Source of the DNA: Waddliaceae bacterium
GTDB taxonomy: Bacteria; Chlamydiota; Chlamydiia; Chlamydiales; Waddliaceae
DNA length: 64,000 bases
NCBI GenBank assembly: GCA_963724325.1
Contig: CAVRUH010000001.1
Span: 352,001 to 416,000, forward strand
Reading direction: 5' to 3'
Under the pieces are notes generated by a model. That model was not told the DNA's origin. It saw nothing but the letters and a program-made list of their open reading frames with translations, and made no database searches. Positions 39,539-49,311 of this stretch are shown in pieces (the stretch's first letter is position 1; the number at the start of each line of letters is the position of its first letter). A program made the position numbers and the translations under genes.

Positions 39539-40375
39539 GAAAGCCTGATTTATAAGATCGGCTGTGAGTTGAGGATCTTCCATGGGGATGAAATGGGAAT
39601 GATTTTTGAGTTGGATATCTCTTCCATGAGGAAAGAGGGAGGCAAGTTTGGGATTTGTGGGGGAGCAGGCAAACGACATAGGGACGTCATCAGGACGTAC
39701 ATCTCGAGCTCTAACGACATCTACGGGAACAATGACCTTTGAGAGTTCATCATAGATCCAAGGGTCGGAACAGGCCACGTAGGTAGCTGCTTCAATCATA
39801 GGATCACAAGCAAGTTTAGTTCCTAGCAAACCATAAACGCAGTAGTCTCGTAATACATCTTTATCCCATAGACTAAAATTCGGTCTATTTTCGAGATTTT
39901 TCATCATCTCCTCTGGAGAGGCGAATTCACGACGCCTTCTGGCAATGTGCATGGTTAGGGGATCGACCCCCTCAAAATATTTGCTAAGCTCAGTGTTCAT
40001 AATGACGGGATCCAAAAGAATTAACCTTTGAAATCTCTCGGGTAATTGAGCTGCTGCTCCAGTCACTGTTACTCCCCCCATGGAATGTCCTGCTCCGACA
40101 ATTTCTTTGAGATTTAGAGCTAAAATGGTGTCAATGACATTTTGGCAATAGCGTTTAGTGGTAATTGGCGGGGAGGGCTTATCGCTTCGACCGTGCCCCA
40201 TGAGGTCAATGGCAAATACATGCTTTCCTCCGAGGAATTTGATCACTTTATCCCAGCACCGGGCGTGAAACCCGGTTGCATGAACGAGCAGGTAAGGAGA
40301 TGAATTCCCTTTCCATTCGAATACGCACAGGTTTAGATCTCCTGATTTGATCGTATGTTGGATGGGTTCAATCAT
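39530..40375 (-). CDS. Alpha/beta hydrolase
   Basis: HATGF, GHGRS, GHSMGG nucleophile elbow, C-terminal HFIPME. Confidence 0.9.
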   Translation of the reverse strand: MIEPIQHTIKSGDLNLCVFEWKGNSSPYLLVHATGFHARCWDKVIKFLGGKHVFAIDLMGHGRSDKPSPPITTKRYCQNVIDTILALNLKEIVGAGHSMGGVTVTGAAAQLPERFQRLILLDPVIMNTELSKYFEGVDPLTMHIARRRREFASPEEMMKNLENRPNFSLWDKDVLRDYCVYGLLGTKLACDPMIEAATYVACSDPWIYDELSKVIVPVDVVRARDVRPDDVPMSFACSPTNPKLASLFPHGRDIQLKNHSHFIPMEDPQLTADLINQAFLN

Positions 40376-40472
40376 TCTTGATGAATGCTCGCCTTATCAA
40401 CAAAACCTATTTGTGCCATTACGTACTCCTTGTGACGTTTTTTGTTTCCGAAAATAGCACATTCGATTGTTT

Positions 40473-41078
40473 TTAGCGATTCATTCCTTGTATGATGATG
40501 CTGTTAAGAGCTGTCTTCATGTTTGGATCGATAAGGTTTCCTTGCTTATCGAAGGCACTTTCTGCAGAAGGAATGGCAAAAGTAGCGATGTTCATTTCGG
40601 CTCCGCAATTTTTGACAACATCATTTAGGTGTGTAAGACCATAGCTTGCATTTTTTCCTGGGGTAGTGCACATAATAATTAGTTTTTTTCCTTCAAATAC
40701 ACTTCTTCCATCACCGCCAGCTTCAGAACGGGAGATCCAATCGATGGTATTTTTTAGGACGCCGGAGAATGAGCCGTTATAGATGGGCGAAGTAATGATT
40801 ATGAGATCGCTTTCAGCGATTTTCTTTTTTAATAGCTTTGCATTTTCGGGCAATCCTTCATTTTCCTCTAAATCGCCATCGTAGAAGGGCATTGGAATAT
40901 CTCGTAAGTCGATAAATGTTGCAGATGCACCGGAATTGTTGGCCATTTTCACTGCTTCTTTAGCTAGGCTTTTATTGTAGGATTCCTCACGTAAACTTCC
41001 GGAAAAAGCTAGTACTTTAACCTCACTGTATACAGGCATTGCAAACAACATTAAAACTGATAATATTAGGTAATTCAT
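40473..41078 (-). CDS. NAD(P)H-dependent FMN reductase with apparent signal peptide
   Basis: SGSLREESYN, SPIYNGS, LKNTIDW; hydrophobic 18-aa leader ending VYS. Confidence 0.88.
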   Translation of the reverse strand: MNYLILSVLMLFAMPVYSEVKVLAFSGSLREESYNKSLAKEAVKMANNSGASATFIDLRDIPMPFYDGDLEENEGLPENAKLLKKKIAESDLIIITSPIYNGSFSGVLKNTIDWISRSEAGGDGRSVFEGKKLIIMCTTPGKNASYGLTHLNDVVKNCGAEMNIATFAIPSAESAFDKQGNLIDPNMKTALNSIIIQGMNR

Positions 41079-41177
41079 ATATCTCCTTATTTGTTAATAA
41101 AGGAAAATTGTATCACATAAAATCTTTTTGTACCATTTATTTCTTAACTTCTGTAAAATAAAAAGTGGAGGGTCGTT

Positions 41178-41546
41178 ATGAAAAACTATATGTTAGCACC
41201 CATTTTGATGGTTCTTCTGTCTGCTCCCCTAGTGGGAGAAGAAAGTAATAAGCCGACAACTAAGGAAATTTATAATAACTCTAACCAAAGTTGTTTATAT
41301 TATGAGGGTTATGAGAGAACAGGAGGCAATACAGGCCAATTGCACTTTAAGAACAATTGCTCTACTCGTGTAGAGGGAATTGTTTGTGTGGTTTATCCCG
41401 ATGGAACAAAAGAAACTGTAACAAGCACGAATCGAATCTACAAAAAGGGACGTTGGAATGTTTCGCTTACTCGAGGAACGGCCCCATTAACCGTGACAAC
41501 ATCCGCAGCAGTAAACGACGTTAAGCCCCCCGCTCCCTGCTCGTAG
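41178..41546 (+). CDS. Small exported hypothetical protein with four Cys
   Basis: GGAGG RBS, signal peptide, 122 aa. Confidence 0.75.
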   Translation: MKNYMLAPILMVLLSAPLVGEESNKPTTKEIYNNSNQSCLYYEGYERTGGNTGQLHFKNNCSTRVEGIVCVVYPDGTKETVTSTNRIYKKGRWNVSLTRGTAPLTVTTSAAVNDVKPPAPCS

Positions 41547-41560
41547 TCCTTAAATAGCGA

Positions 41561-41862
41561 AGGCCCGAGTCATAGTTCAAAAAAAAATTTCAACGCAAAG
41601 GGGCAAAAGGCGCAAAGGCGCAAAGGCGCAAAGAAACATTCCTTTTTTTCTCATACTCATTTTTTCTTATCCTGCCCATCTTGCCGCGTGCGATCATGCA
41701 TATCCTGTTCTTTTAAGGAATAACAGGATATGCATGATCGCAAGCGGCAAGATGGGCAGGATAGGAGTCAGAGAAAGGAAAATTTGTTATTTTTGGATAA
41801 AGGGCATAAAGGGACTAATCCGTTTTGCGTTGAAAATTTTTTTTGAAATGTGACTAGGGCCT
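41561..41862. mobile_element. MITE-like element: ~39-bp outer inverted repeats enclosing a palindrome with 42-bp arms
   Basis: aggcccgagtcatagttcaaaaaaaaatttcaacgcaaa versus tttgcgttgaaaattttttttgaaatgtgactagggcct; inner arms 41668-41709 and 41722-41763; (ggcgcaaa)n tract. Confidence 0.75.
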
Positions 41863-42304
41863 ATGTGAGAGAAAGGTCAGATGAAAAACGATCTTGTTCG
41901 TAGATCTTTCTGTTTGTTTCGATTTCTTCGAAGGGGACCTTTGGGGCGTTTGGATCTATTCCTTCGCAATGGCGAGCAGTTTGCAGCCAGCGCTCTTTTG
42001 ATTCAAGGATGCCTGGCCACCAAGGGTAGGTGCGGCATTGCGCAGGCCTTAAATGATAAATAGTACACTTATTCTCTTTAAGAAAGATACAGTCGAAGTT
42101 TGATTTTTCAATGAGAGACTTCAAACCATCGACGTTCCGAACGTACTGACCTTTGAAATCTTCTATTGTGAGATTAAGATGAGCTGCAATTTTTTTAATA
42201 TCGTCATCTGTGATCCAGACATAGCCGGGAGCTCCGGTACAGCATTGACCGCATCCTGTGCACTTAAAATTCAAACCTTCATTATACCAGGGCAGTTTAC
42301 TCAC
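41861..42304 (-). CDS. YkgJ family cysteine-cluster protein
   Basis: CTGCGQCC, CIFL, CTIY..RPAQCRTYPWW, CEG. Confidence 0.9.
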   Translation of the reverse strand: MSKLPWYNEGLNFKCTGCGQCCTGAPGYVWITDDDIKKIAAHLNLTIEDFKGQYVRNVDGLKSLIEKSNFDCIFLKENKCTIYHLRPAQCRTYPWWPGILESKERWLQTARHCEGIDPNAPKVPFEEIETNRKIYEQDRFSSDLSLT

Positions 42305-43242
42305 GGTTTCTCTTGGCTCGCCTTTTGCAAACGCTCAGCCATAGTCCTCCATAGGCCATCTACAGGGAAATTCATATCGACCCAGGCTGTTTCGATATTT
42401 TCTTCATCTAATTGACGGAGTACTGAGTAAAGATTTTCAGCTATTTTATCAGGAGCACTTATGGGGCCTAGGGAAATCACGCGAAATCCGGGAGTATAAG
42501 TTCTATCTGAGAATCCAATGATAATACCTGAGCCGCTAGTGGGGAGGTTTGTCGTCAAATTGAGTTTAGCCCGTGGCGCGTAGTGACGCAGGAGCTGGCC
42601 GGGGGAAATGGGTGTCGTTTGATCGTCATGGTGGTATATTTTTGGCTCGTATCCTAGGATGTCAATGAAGGCTTCAGAAGTCAATGCTCCTAAACGAGCA
42701 ATTTCCCATTTCCCTTCACGAAAGCAAAGGATTGTTGATTCCAGTCCTCTAAAGGAGTTTCCTCCATTCAATACGGGAAATTCGTCGCCAAAATCGATTT
42801 CGACATGTTCAGGACGCGTTGCAGAGGGTTTTCCGGAAAGATTGGCGGATGGCATCACTAAGGGGCCGACTCGATTCAATATCTTTAGGGTCAAGGGATG
42901 ACTTGGGACCCGAAAGGCAACCGTGGATAATCCTGCTCTGACATCATTGGGAACCCATTCGGGCACAGCTGGAATTACCAGAGTCATAGGTCCAGGCCAG
43001 AAGGTTCTGGCTAATGAAATAAATCCTGGAGGCGTCTCCTTGGAAAACAAAGAAACCTGAGAACTATCAGCGATATGAATGATGAGTGGATTTTTTTTTG
43101 GCCGCCCTTTGAGGGTATAAATATGGTCTATGGCTTCGGAATGTGATAATGAGGCTGCGAGACCATAAACGGTTTCGGTTGGAATGGCCACAACTTGTCC
43201 GTTTTCTAAAAGTTCGCAGGCTTTTTCTAGTGTAACATCCAT
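42301..43242 (-). CDS. sua5: L-threonylcarbamoyladenylate synthase (Sua5 type)
   Basis: PTETVYGL, KGRP..NPLI, SANLSG, SPG..HYAP. Confidence 0.93.
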   Translation of the reverse strand: MDVTLEKACELLENGQVVAIPTETVYGLAASLSHSEAIDHIYTLKGRPKKNPLIIHIADSSQVSLFSKETPPGFISLARTFWPGPMTLVIPAVPEWVPNDVRAGLSTVAFRVPSHPLTLKILNRVGPLVMPSANLSGKPSATRPEHVEIDFGDEFPVLNGGNSFRGLESTILCFREGKWEIARLGALTSEAFIDILGYEPKIYHHDDQTTPISPGQLLRHYAPRAKLNLTTNLPTSGSGIIIGFSDRTYTPGFRVISLGPISAPDKIAENLYSVLRQLDEENIETAWVDMNFPVDGLWRTMAERLQKASQEKP

Positions 43243-44426
43243 TATTTTCCTAGCCTCTCGATGATATTTTGTAGATGACCGACGAAGTTATCGACCTCTT
43301 CCTTAGTATTATATAGCCCGAAAGAAATTCTAGCTGTTCCTGACACACCAAATCGACGCATGGCAGGTTGTGCGCAGTGGTGGCCGGTACGGATGGCAAT
43401 TCCTTTTAGGTCCAATAGTGTTCCTGCATCCAAATGGTGGATTCCATCAAGAATAAAGCTTATTATTGCCCCTTTTTCTTTTGCCGTACCAATAATACGT
43501 AATTTGGGTAAAGCTGCTAATTTTTCTGTGGCATATTCGAGGAGCTCATGTTCCCATTGACAAATCTTTTCCATCCCTATGCTGTTGAGGTAGTCGATGG
43601 CGCTTCCAAGGCCGATAACTTCGGCGATCATGGGTGTGCCCGCTTCGAATTTCAATGGAGGCTTTGCGTAGGAGGTCTTTTCGAAGGACACTTGATCAAT
43701 CATATCGCCTCCACCTAGAAAAGGGGGCATTTGCTCAAGAAGTTCCATTTTTCCATATAAAATGCCTACGCCTGTCGGACCATACATCTTATGACTAGAA
43801 AATGCGTAGAAATCGGCATCAAGATCCTGAACGTTGATAGAAAGATGAGGTGCTGCCTGGGCGCCGTCGATGAATACTTTGGCTCCTGCTGAATGAGATA
43901 ATTTAATGATTTCCTTAATCGGATGGATGGTCCCTAGGGCATTAGAGATATGAGCAATAGAAACCAATTTTGTTTTTGAGGTCAAAAGGCTTTTGAATGC
44001 ATCAAGATTTATTTCTCCTTCGTCATTTACAGGAATGATTTTCAGAGCGGCGCCCATTATTTGCCAGGGGACAATGTTGGAATGATGCTCGATTTCGGAA
44101 AGAATCACTTCATCGCCAGGTTGAATGAAACACCGGGCAATTAAATTAATGGATTCGGTTGTCCCTTTTGTGAATATGATTTCTTCCGGAAGGGCAGCAT
44201 GAATGAAATCGGCCGCCTTTTTTCGAACCTGCTGGAAGGCATCAGTTGCCCTTGTAGAAAGTCCGTAGATAGCACGGTGGACTGTGCCATAATGGTTTTC
44301 GTAAAAATCGGTCATGGTGTCAATGACACATTGAGGTTTTAAAGAAGTTGCTGCAGAGTCAAAATAGATCAATGGATTTCCGTGCATGGTTTTCTTAAGC
44401 ATTGGGAAATCTTGACGTCTATTCAT
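43242..44426 (-). CDS. sufS: Cysteine desulfurase
   Basis: DSAATS, SSHKMYGP, RTGHHCA. Confidence 0.96.
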   Translation of the reverse strand: MNRRQDFPMLKKTMHGNPLIYFDSAATSLKPQCVIDTMTDFYENHYGTVHRAIYGLSTRATDAFQQVRKKAADFIHAALPEEIIFTKGTTESINLIARCFIQPGDEVILSEIEHHSNIVPWQIMGAALKIIPVNDEGEINLDAFKSLLTSKTKLVSIAHISNALGTIHPIKEIIKLSHSAGAKVFIDGAQAAPHLSINVQDLDADFYAFSSHKMYGPTGVGILYGKMELLEQMPPFLGGGDMIDQVSFEKTSYAKPPLKFEAGTPMIAEVIGLGSAIDYLNSIGMEKICQWEHELLEYATEKLAALPKLRIIGTAKEKGAIISFILDGIHHLDAGTLLDLKGIAIRTGHHCAQPAMRRFGVSGTARISFGLYNTKEEVDNFVGHLQNIIERLGK

Positions 44427-45633
44427 GACAATTCACCGGAATCTGGTCAAGGACCTCTTTTGAGAAAGCTTCGATCAGAGCCTTCTTGGCCGCTTCTTCG
44501 GAAAATCCGCGGGCCTTGAGATAGAAAAGATGTTCCTGGTCAAGCTGACCCATTGTGGCGCCGTGGGAGGCTTTTACGTCGTCGGCAAAGATTTCAAGAT
44601 TAGGTTTACTGTCGGCATTAGCCCGATCGCTTAGAAGAAGATTGTTATTGAGCTGGAAGGCATCCGTTTTTTGCGCTTTTTGCCGGACGAGAATTTTTCC
44701 TTCGAAGCTCGAACGACTATTTCCATTCAGCACACCTTTATAAAGTTGCATCGAACGGCAATGAGGTGCATGGTGGTCTATCAGGACGTTTGCGTGCACT
44801 TCATTTGTTCCATCGAGTTCCCAAATTCCATTTAAATCCGCTTCGGCATTCTCTCCCATCATAGAAATTTTGTAATCAGCTCTAACAGTCGAAGAACCTT
44901 TAGTTGTAAGAATTGTCTTCAAATGACTGTTGCGCTTCATCGTAACACGCAACGCATCAAACAACCATCCTTTCTGGGCTCCAGGAGTATTGTGCTGGAT
45001 GTATTTTAGGCGGGCGCCCTCTTCAAGTGTAGCATCATAAGCTACATTCATAAAATAAGTATCGCCCGAAATGGTTTTGTAGGTTGTAACGAGAGTTACT
45101 TCTGAACAGGCTCCAACGAAAAGATGGACCCTTGGATGCATGATCATCGGTTCGCCCTGCGTATCGATAATATTGATGATGCGAATTGGTTCTTCAACAA
45201 CACAATTGGGAGGCAAATAGATAAATACACCGTCACGGCTCATGGCGCCATTTAATACCGCAAAAGGATCCGTTTCTTCTTTAATTGATTTTGACCACTG
45301 ATTGTTCAAAAAGGCTCCATAAGTACCTATAGCACTATTTAAAGGGGATGCTACAACTCTCGCGGGAATATTTTTGAATTGCGTCAGATGACCATTGACA
45401 AAGAGAAGGTATGGCCCGGTTTGATCGATATTTGCTTCTGCAGGCTTTGATGAAACAAAAGAAGTTTCAAAAAGATTTCTCAATTTTACATAACGATAGA
45501 CCTCTTGATGGCGTGATGGAAGCCCGAGCTCCAGAAACTGCCCCCAGGCCTTTGCACGGACCTTTTCTAGAGAGTCCTGCTTCGCAGTGGCGCGATAGTG
45601 ATCATTCAGTTGTTCTTGGAAAGTCTCTGTCAT
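44419..45633 (-). CDS. sufD: Fe-S cluster assembly protein
   Basis: KPNLEIFADDVKASHGAT; operon context. Confidence 0.95.
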   Translation of the reverse strand: MTETFQEQLNDHYRATAKQDSLEKVRAKAWGQFLELGLPSRHQEVYRYVKLRNLFETSFVSSKPAEANIDQTGPYLLFVNGHLTQFKNIPARVVASPLNSAIGTYGAFLNNQWSKSIKEETDPFAVLNGAMSRDGVFIYLPPNCVVEEPIRIINIIDTQGEPMIMHPRVHLFVGACSEVTLVTTYKTISGDTYFMNVAYDATLEEGARLKYIQHNTPGAQKGWLFDALRVTMKRNSHLKTILTTKGSSTVRADYKISMMGENAEADLNGIWELDGTNEVHANVLIDHHAPHCRSMQLYKGVLNGNSRSSFEGKILVRQKAQKTDAFQLNNNLLLSDRANADSKPNLEIFADDVKASHGATMGQLDQEHLFYLKARGFSEEAAKKALIEAFSKEVLDQIPVNCHE

Positions 45634-46397
45634 TCCGTCATTTCTCCCGCAGTCAACCAGTCATATCCTCTACTTTCAAGTTCTAAAGCAAGTTCTGGAC
45701 CACCCGATTGGACAATTTTGCCATCCATCATCACATGAACGAATTTTGGTTGGATGTAGTCGAGAAGTCTTTGGTAGTGTGTAATCAAAATCAGCCCCAT
45801 ATCTTCATGCATCAAGGTATTTACCCCTTTTGCAACGATGCGCATGGCGTCGATGTCGAGCCCTGAGTCTGTTTCATCTAAAATAGCTAAACTTGGATCG
45901 CTCATTGCCATCTGGAGGATTTCGTTACGCTTCTTTTCCCCGCCCGAAAAGCCTTCGTTGATGTTTCTTACCATGAATTCGGGCTTGATTTCGATCATTG
46001 CCATTTTTTCTTTCAGGACAACTTCGAATTCCTCGCGAGATATTTCCTTATTGCCACGTGCTTTTTGAATAGAATTATAGGAAGTTTGCAGAAATTGGAC
46101 GTTGTTGACTCCAGGAATTTCCACCGGATACTGAAAACTAATAAACAAACCATTATGAGCTCGCTCTTCCGGCTCTAATTCAAGAAGATTCTGCCCCTTA
46201 AACCAGATTTCCCCGCCTGTAACTTCATAGGAAGGATGTCCAGCTAAAACTTTTGACAAAGTCGATTTCCCTGCACCGTTAGGACCCATGATGGCATGAA
46301 TTTCCCCGGCATTGATTTTAAGATTGATTCCGCGAAGCAACGGCTTCCCTTCGATATTAACCCATAAATTTTTTATTTCTAACATAGTATTACCCAA
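45630..46397 (-). CDS. sufC: Fe-S cluster assembly ATPase
   Basis: [28 protein letters not shown]. Confidence 0.96.
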   Translation of the reverse strand: MGNTMLEIKNLWVNIEGKPLLRGINLKINAGEIHAIMGPNGAGKSTLSKVLAGHPSYEVTGGEIWFKGQNLLELEPEERAHNGLFISFQYPVEIPGVNNVQFLQTSYNSIQKARGNKEISREEFEVVLKEKMAMIEIKPEFMVRNINEGFSGGEKKRNEILQMAMSDPSLAILDETDSGLDIDAMRIVAKGVNTLMHEDMGLILITHYQRLLDYIQPKFVHVMMDGKIVQSGGPELALELESRGYDWLTAGEMTE

Positions 46398-47814
46398 CTG
46401 AATTCTCCAATTTTAATGTGAGAAGCTTTTGCGCCTCTGCTGCAAACTCCAATGGGAGTTCTTTGATTACCTCTTTACAAAATCCATTGACGATCATATT
46501 GATCGCATTCTCTTGCGAAATGCCACGTGACAGAAAGTAGAATATTTGCTCCTCATTCAACTTAGAAGTCGAGGCCTCATGTTCAATGGCGCTAGAAGAA
46601 TTTCCAACTTCAATATAAGGAAAGGTGTTAGCTGAACACTGATCGCCCACCAACATTGAATCGCACTGCGTATAATTCCGGGCTCCCACGGCACGCGGTG
46701 CCACTTTCACCAACCCGCGATAAGTGTTTGAAGACTGATCAGCTGAAATCCCCTTGGAAATGATGGTGGATTTTGTATTTTTCCCAATATGAATCATTTT
46801 AGTGCCAGTATCGGCCTGCATTTTGCCATTTGTGAGGGCTACGGAATAGAATTCTCCTACCGAATTATCCCCCTGCAAAATACAGCTCGGATACTTCCAG
46901 GTGATGGCAGCGCCCACTTCTACTTGCGTCCAAGTAATTTTCGAATTTACTCCAGCACATTTTCCACGTTTTGTTACGAAATTATAAACGCCCCCTTTTC
47001 CAGTTTTTGGGTCGCCAGCATACCAATTTTGAACAGTCGAATATTTTATTGTGGCATTATCTAACGCTACTAATTCTACGACAGCGGCATGCAATTGATT
47101 ATTATCGTAGGCAGGCGCAGTGCAGCCTTCTAAGTAACTCACCGAGGATCCCTCCTCAGCAATGATTAGTGTCCGTTCAAATTGACCCGATTCTTTGTCA
47201 TTGATGCGGAAATAAGTTGAAAGTTCCATAGGGCAAGTGACGCCCTTAGGGATGTAAACAAAGGATCCATCGCTGAATACTGCAGAATTCAGAGCAGCAA
47301 AAAAGTTATCTCCAATAGGAACGACTGTGCCAAGGTATTTTTCGACTAATTCTGGATATTTGTGCACTGCTTCAGATACAGAGCAAAGGACGACGCCTGC
47401 GTCATCTAGTTTCTTTTTGAAAGTGGTTCCTATTGAAACTGAGTCGAATATCATGTCGACAGCTACATTGGTCAATCGCTTTTGTTCATCTACAGGAATT
47501 CCCAATCGTTCGAAAGTTTTGAGAACTTCAGGGTCGACTTCATCCAATGTATTTAATTGCGGCTTCTTTTTGGGAGCAGAATAATAAACGATATTCTGAT
47601 AATCGATTTTTGGATAGGTCACATTTTGCCAGCCGGGTTCGGTCATTTCCAGCCAGCGGCGGTATGCTTTCAATCTGAATTCTAACATAAATGCAGGTTC
47701 GTTTTTCTTCTCTGAAATGGCTCGAATAATGTCCTCATTCAGTCCCTTCGGGAGGCGTTCAGATTCAACATCTGTCACAAACCCATACTTGTATGTGCCT
47801 TCAGCAAGCGCCAT
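46390..47814 (-). CDS. sufB: Fe-S cluster assembly protein
   Basis: FDSVS, LEGCTAP, TWKYPS, EHEA. Confidence 0.97.
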   Translation of the reverse strand: MALAEGTYKYGFVTDVESERLPKGLNEDIIRAISEKKNEPAFMLEFRLKAYRRWLEMTEPGWQNVTYPKIDYQNIVYYSAPKKKPQLNTLDEVDPEVLKTFERLGIPVDEQKRLTNVAVDMIFDSVSIGTTFKKKLDDAGVVLCSVSEAVHKYPELVEKYLGTVVPIGDNFFAALNSAVFSDGSFVYIPKGVTCPMELSTYFRINDKESGQFERTLIIAEEGSSVSYLEGCTAPAYDNNQLHAAVVELVALDNATIKYSTVQNWYAGDPKTGKGGVYNFVTKRGKCAGVNSKITWTQVEVGAAITWKYPSCILQGDNSVGEFYSVALTNGKMQADTGTKMIHIGKNTKSTIISKGISADQSSNTYRGLVKVAPRAVGARNYTQCDSMLVGDQCSANTFPYIEVGNSSSAIEHEASTSKLNEEQIFYFLSRGISQENAINMIVNGFCKEVIKELPLEFAAEAQKLLTLKLENSVG

Positions 47815-47943
47815 CTATTCTCCAACTCATTGTGTTTAAATGAGAAATTATACCATATATCAAGATAGAGGTAAAGGCTTATTGTACACAAAAATTTATG
47901 TTGAATATTAGACTACAATGTGGTACATTCAGGTTAGGAAATT

Positions 47944-48297
47944 ATGGAAAGAACCGTTATACAAATACAATCTTTTTCTAATGGGTTGGACGATCTAATA
48001 CTGAAAAAGAAACTTCTCCCTCAAGATTATGAGGATTTTGAATGGAGACTTGTAAAAAATCCGCAAGAAGGCGAAGTGATACCAGGCTTATCAGGTATTC
48101 GGAAAATTAGGTTGAAATCGGCAAATAAAGGCAAAAGAGGTGGTTTTCGCGTAGACTATTTAGATATACCTGAAACTTAGGAACTGTATTTACTCGTAAT
48201 CTATGCTAAAAATGTTAAGGAGGATATAACATCCACAGAAAAAAAGATGATCTCCAAATGGGTAAAACAACTCAAAAAGGCAGGTAAAAATGAGTAA
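47944..48297 (+). pseudogene. RelE/HigB-family toxin interrupted by an in-frame TAG at 48178
   Basis: GIRKIR..GKRGGFRVDY before the stop; the same frame continues ELYLLVIYAKNVKEDI... to TAA 48297, overlapping the antitoxin start. Confidence 0.85.
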
Positions 48298-48640
48298 AAT
48301 GTTTGAAATGTTGCAAGAAAGCTTATTAGAAGCCATTGAATATAAAAAAGGTAAAAAGGCGCTTCGCACTAAATATATCGCTATTCCCGATGCACCAAAG
48401 TCCTATAAGGCCAAGTCCATTAAAAAACTAAGGTCGGATCTCGGTGTATCCCAGCATGATTTTGCTCTTTGGCTAAATGTAAGTTTAAATACTGTGAAAG
48501 CATGGGAACAGAATCTTCGCAATCCAAGTCATTCCGCCCTTAGACTCCTCGAAGTTTTTGAAAGGGGATTTCCTTGTCTAAAAAAAATATACAATTTACC
48601 TGAAGAGACAACTAGAAAAACTACCTACGCAAAAAGATAG
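48290..48640 (+). CDS. HigA-like HTH (XRE) antitoxin
   Basis: IKKLR..LGVSQ..FA..LNVSLNTVKAWEQ. Confidence 0.88.
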   Translation: MSKMFEMLQESLLEAIEYKKGKKALRTKYIAIPDAPKSYKAKSIKKLRSDLGVSQHDFALWLNVSLNTVKAWEQNLRNPSHSALRLLEVFERGFPCLKKIYNLPEETTRKTTYAKR

Positions 48641-48663
48641 AGCTGCGATCTTAGCGGTAATAT

Positions 48664-49230
48664 TTACTCAAATTTGATTAATGTTGCTCGTTGGCGCCAG
48701 TAGTCTTTGCCGTAGTTGATGAATAGCTGGGAGCCTTTGGGAATGAATTGATTGGCAAAGAATAGGACATGCATGATGCCGCCTTCTTGGGCAGCCATGA
48801 TTTTTAGATTGGGTGAGTAGCTATGATTGATGAAGCGGGACTCATTGCCGCAATGGGTGGCATCAATGACATAGTAATTCCAAGACCAAAACATCTGAGG
48901 ATACTTCATAAAATAGTCATTATTATATGTTTTAAGTCGACTAATTGCATGCACTTCGCCGGTATACTCACCTGCGTATTCATGCTGCTGGATGTCCCGC
49001 GCAGCAAAAAGACCATATCCAATATCGTCGTTAATCCATTTTATGTCTGTGTCGATAAATTTTCCTGCATATTTTTCTGGATATAGGCTTCCTAGCGCCT
49101 TGATTTCATCGGCAAAAAAGTCTGTTTTAAAAACCCAAGAGCAGCTAAATGGATGGGAAAATATGAGGTGCGGAGCATATATAATCCCGAATGTTTTTTC
49201 AAATTCTTCCGGCTTCATTCCAAGTTTCAT
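48664..49230 (-). CDS. SET-domain protein-lysine methyltransferase (NUE-like)
   Basis: GYGLFA, GEYTGE, RFINHS, YGKDYW; start at ATG 49230 behind GGGAG avoids overlap with greA. Confidence 0.88.
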   Translation of the reverse strand: MKLGMKPEEFEKTFGIIYAPHLIFSHPFSCSWVFKTDFFADEIKALGSLYPEKYAGKFIDTDIKWINDDIGYGLFAARDIQQHEYAGEYTGEVHAISRLKTYNNDYFMKYPQMFWSWNYYVIDATHCGNESRFINHSYSPNLKIMAAQEGGIMHVLFFANQFIPKGSQLFINYGKDYWRQRATLIKFE

Positions 49231-49311
49231 ATGCATCTCCCAATTATTTCGCAATATGTTTCTTGAATTTAAATGAGTGAATATGTATGATTTAGCTCGA
49301 CTAATTATAAA

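Noticed and set aside
48178..48180. Programmed TAG read-through or alternative genetic code
   Set aside because: TAG is a normal stop elsewhere in the window (e.g. dsbD, hipA) and no recoding signal is evident
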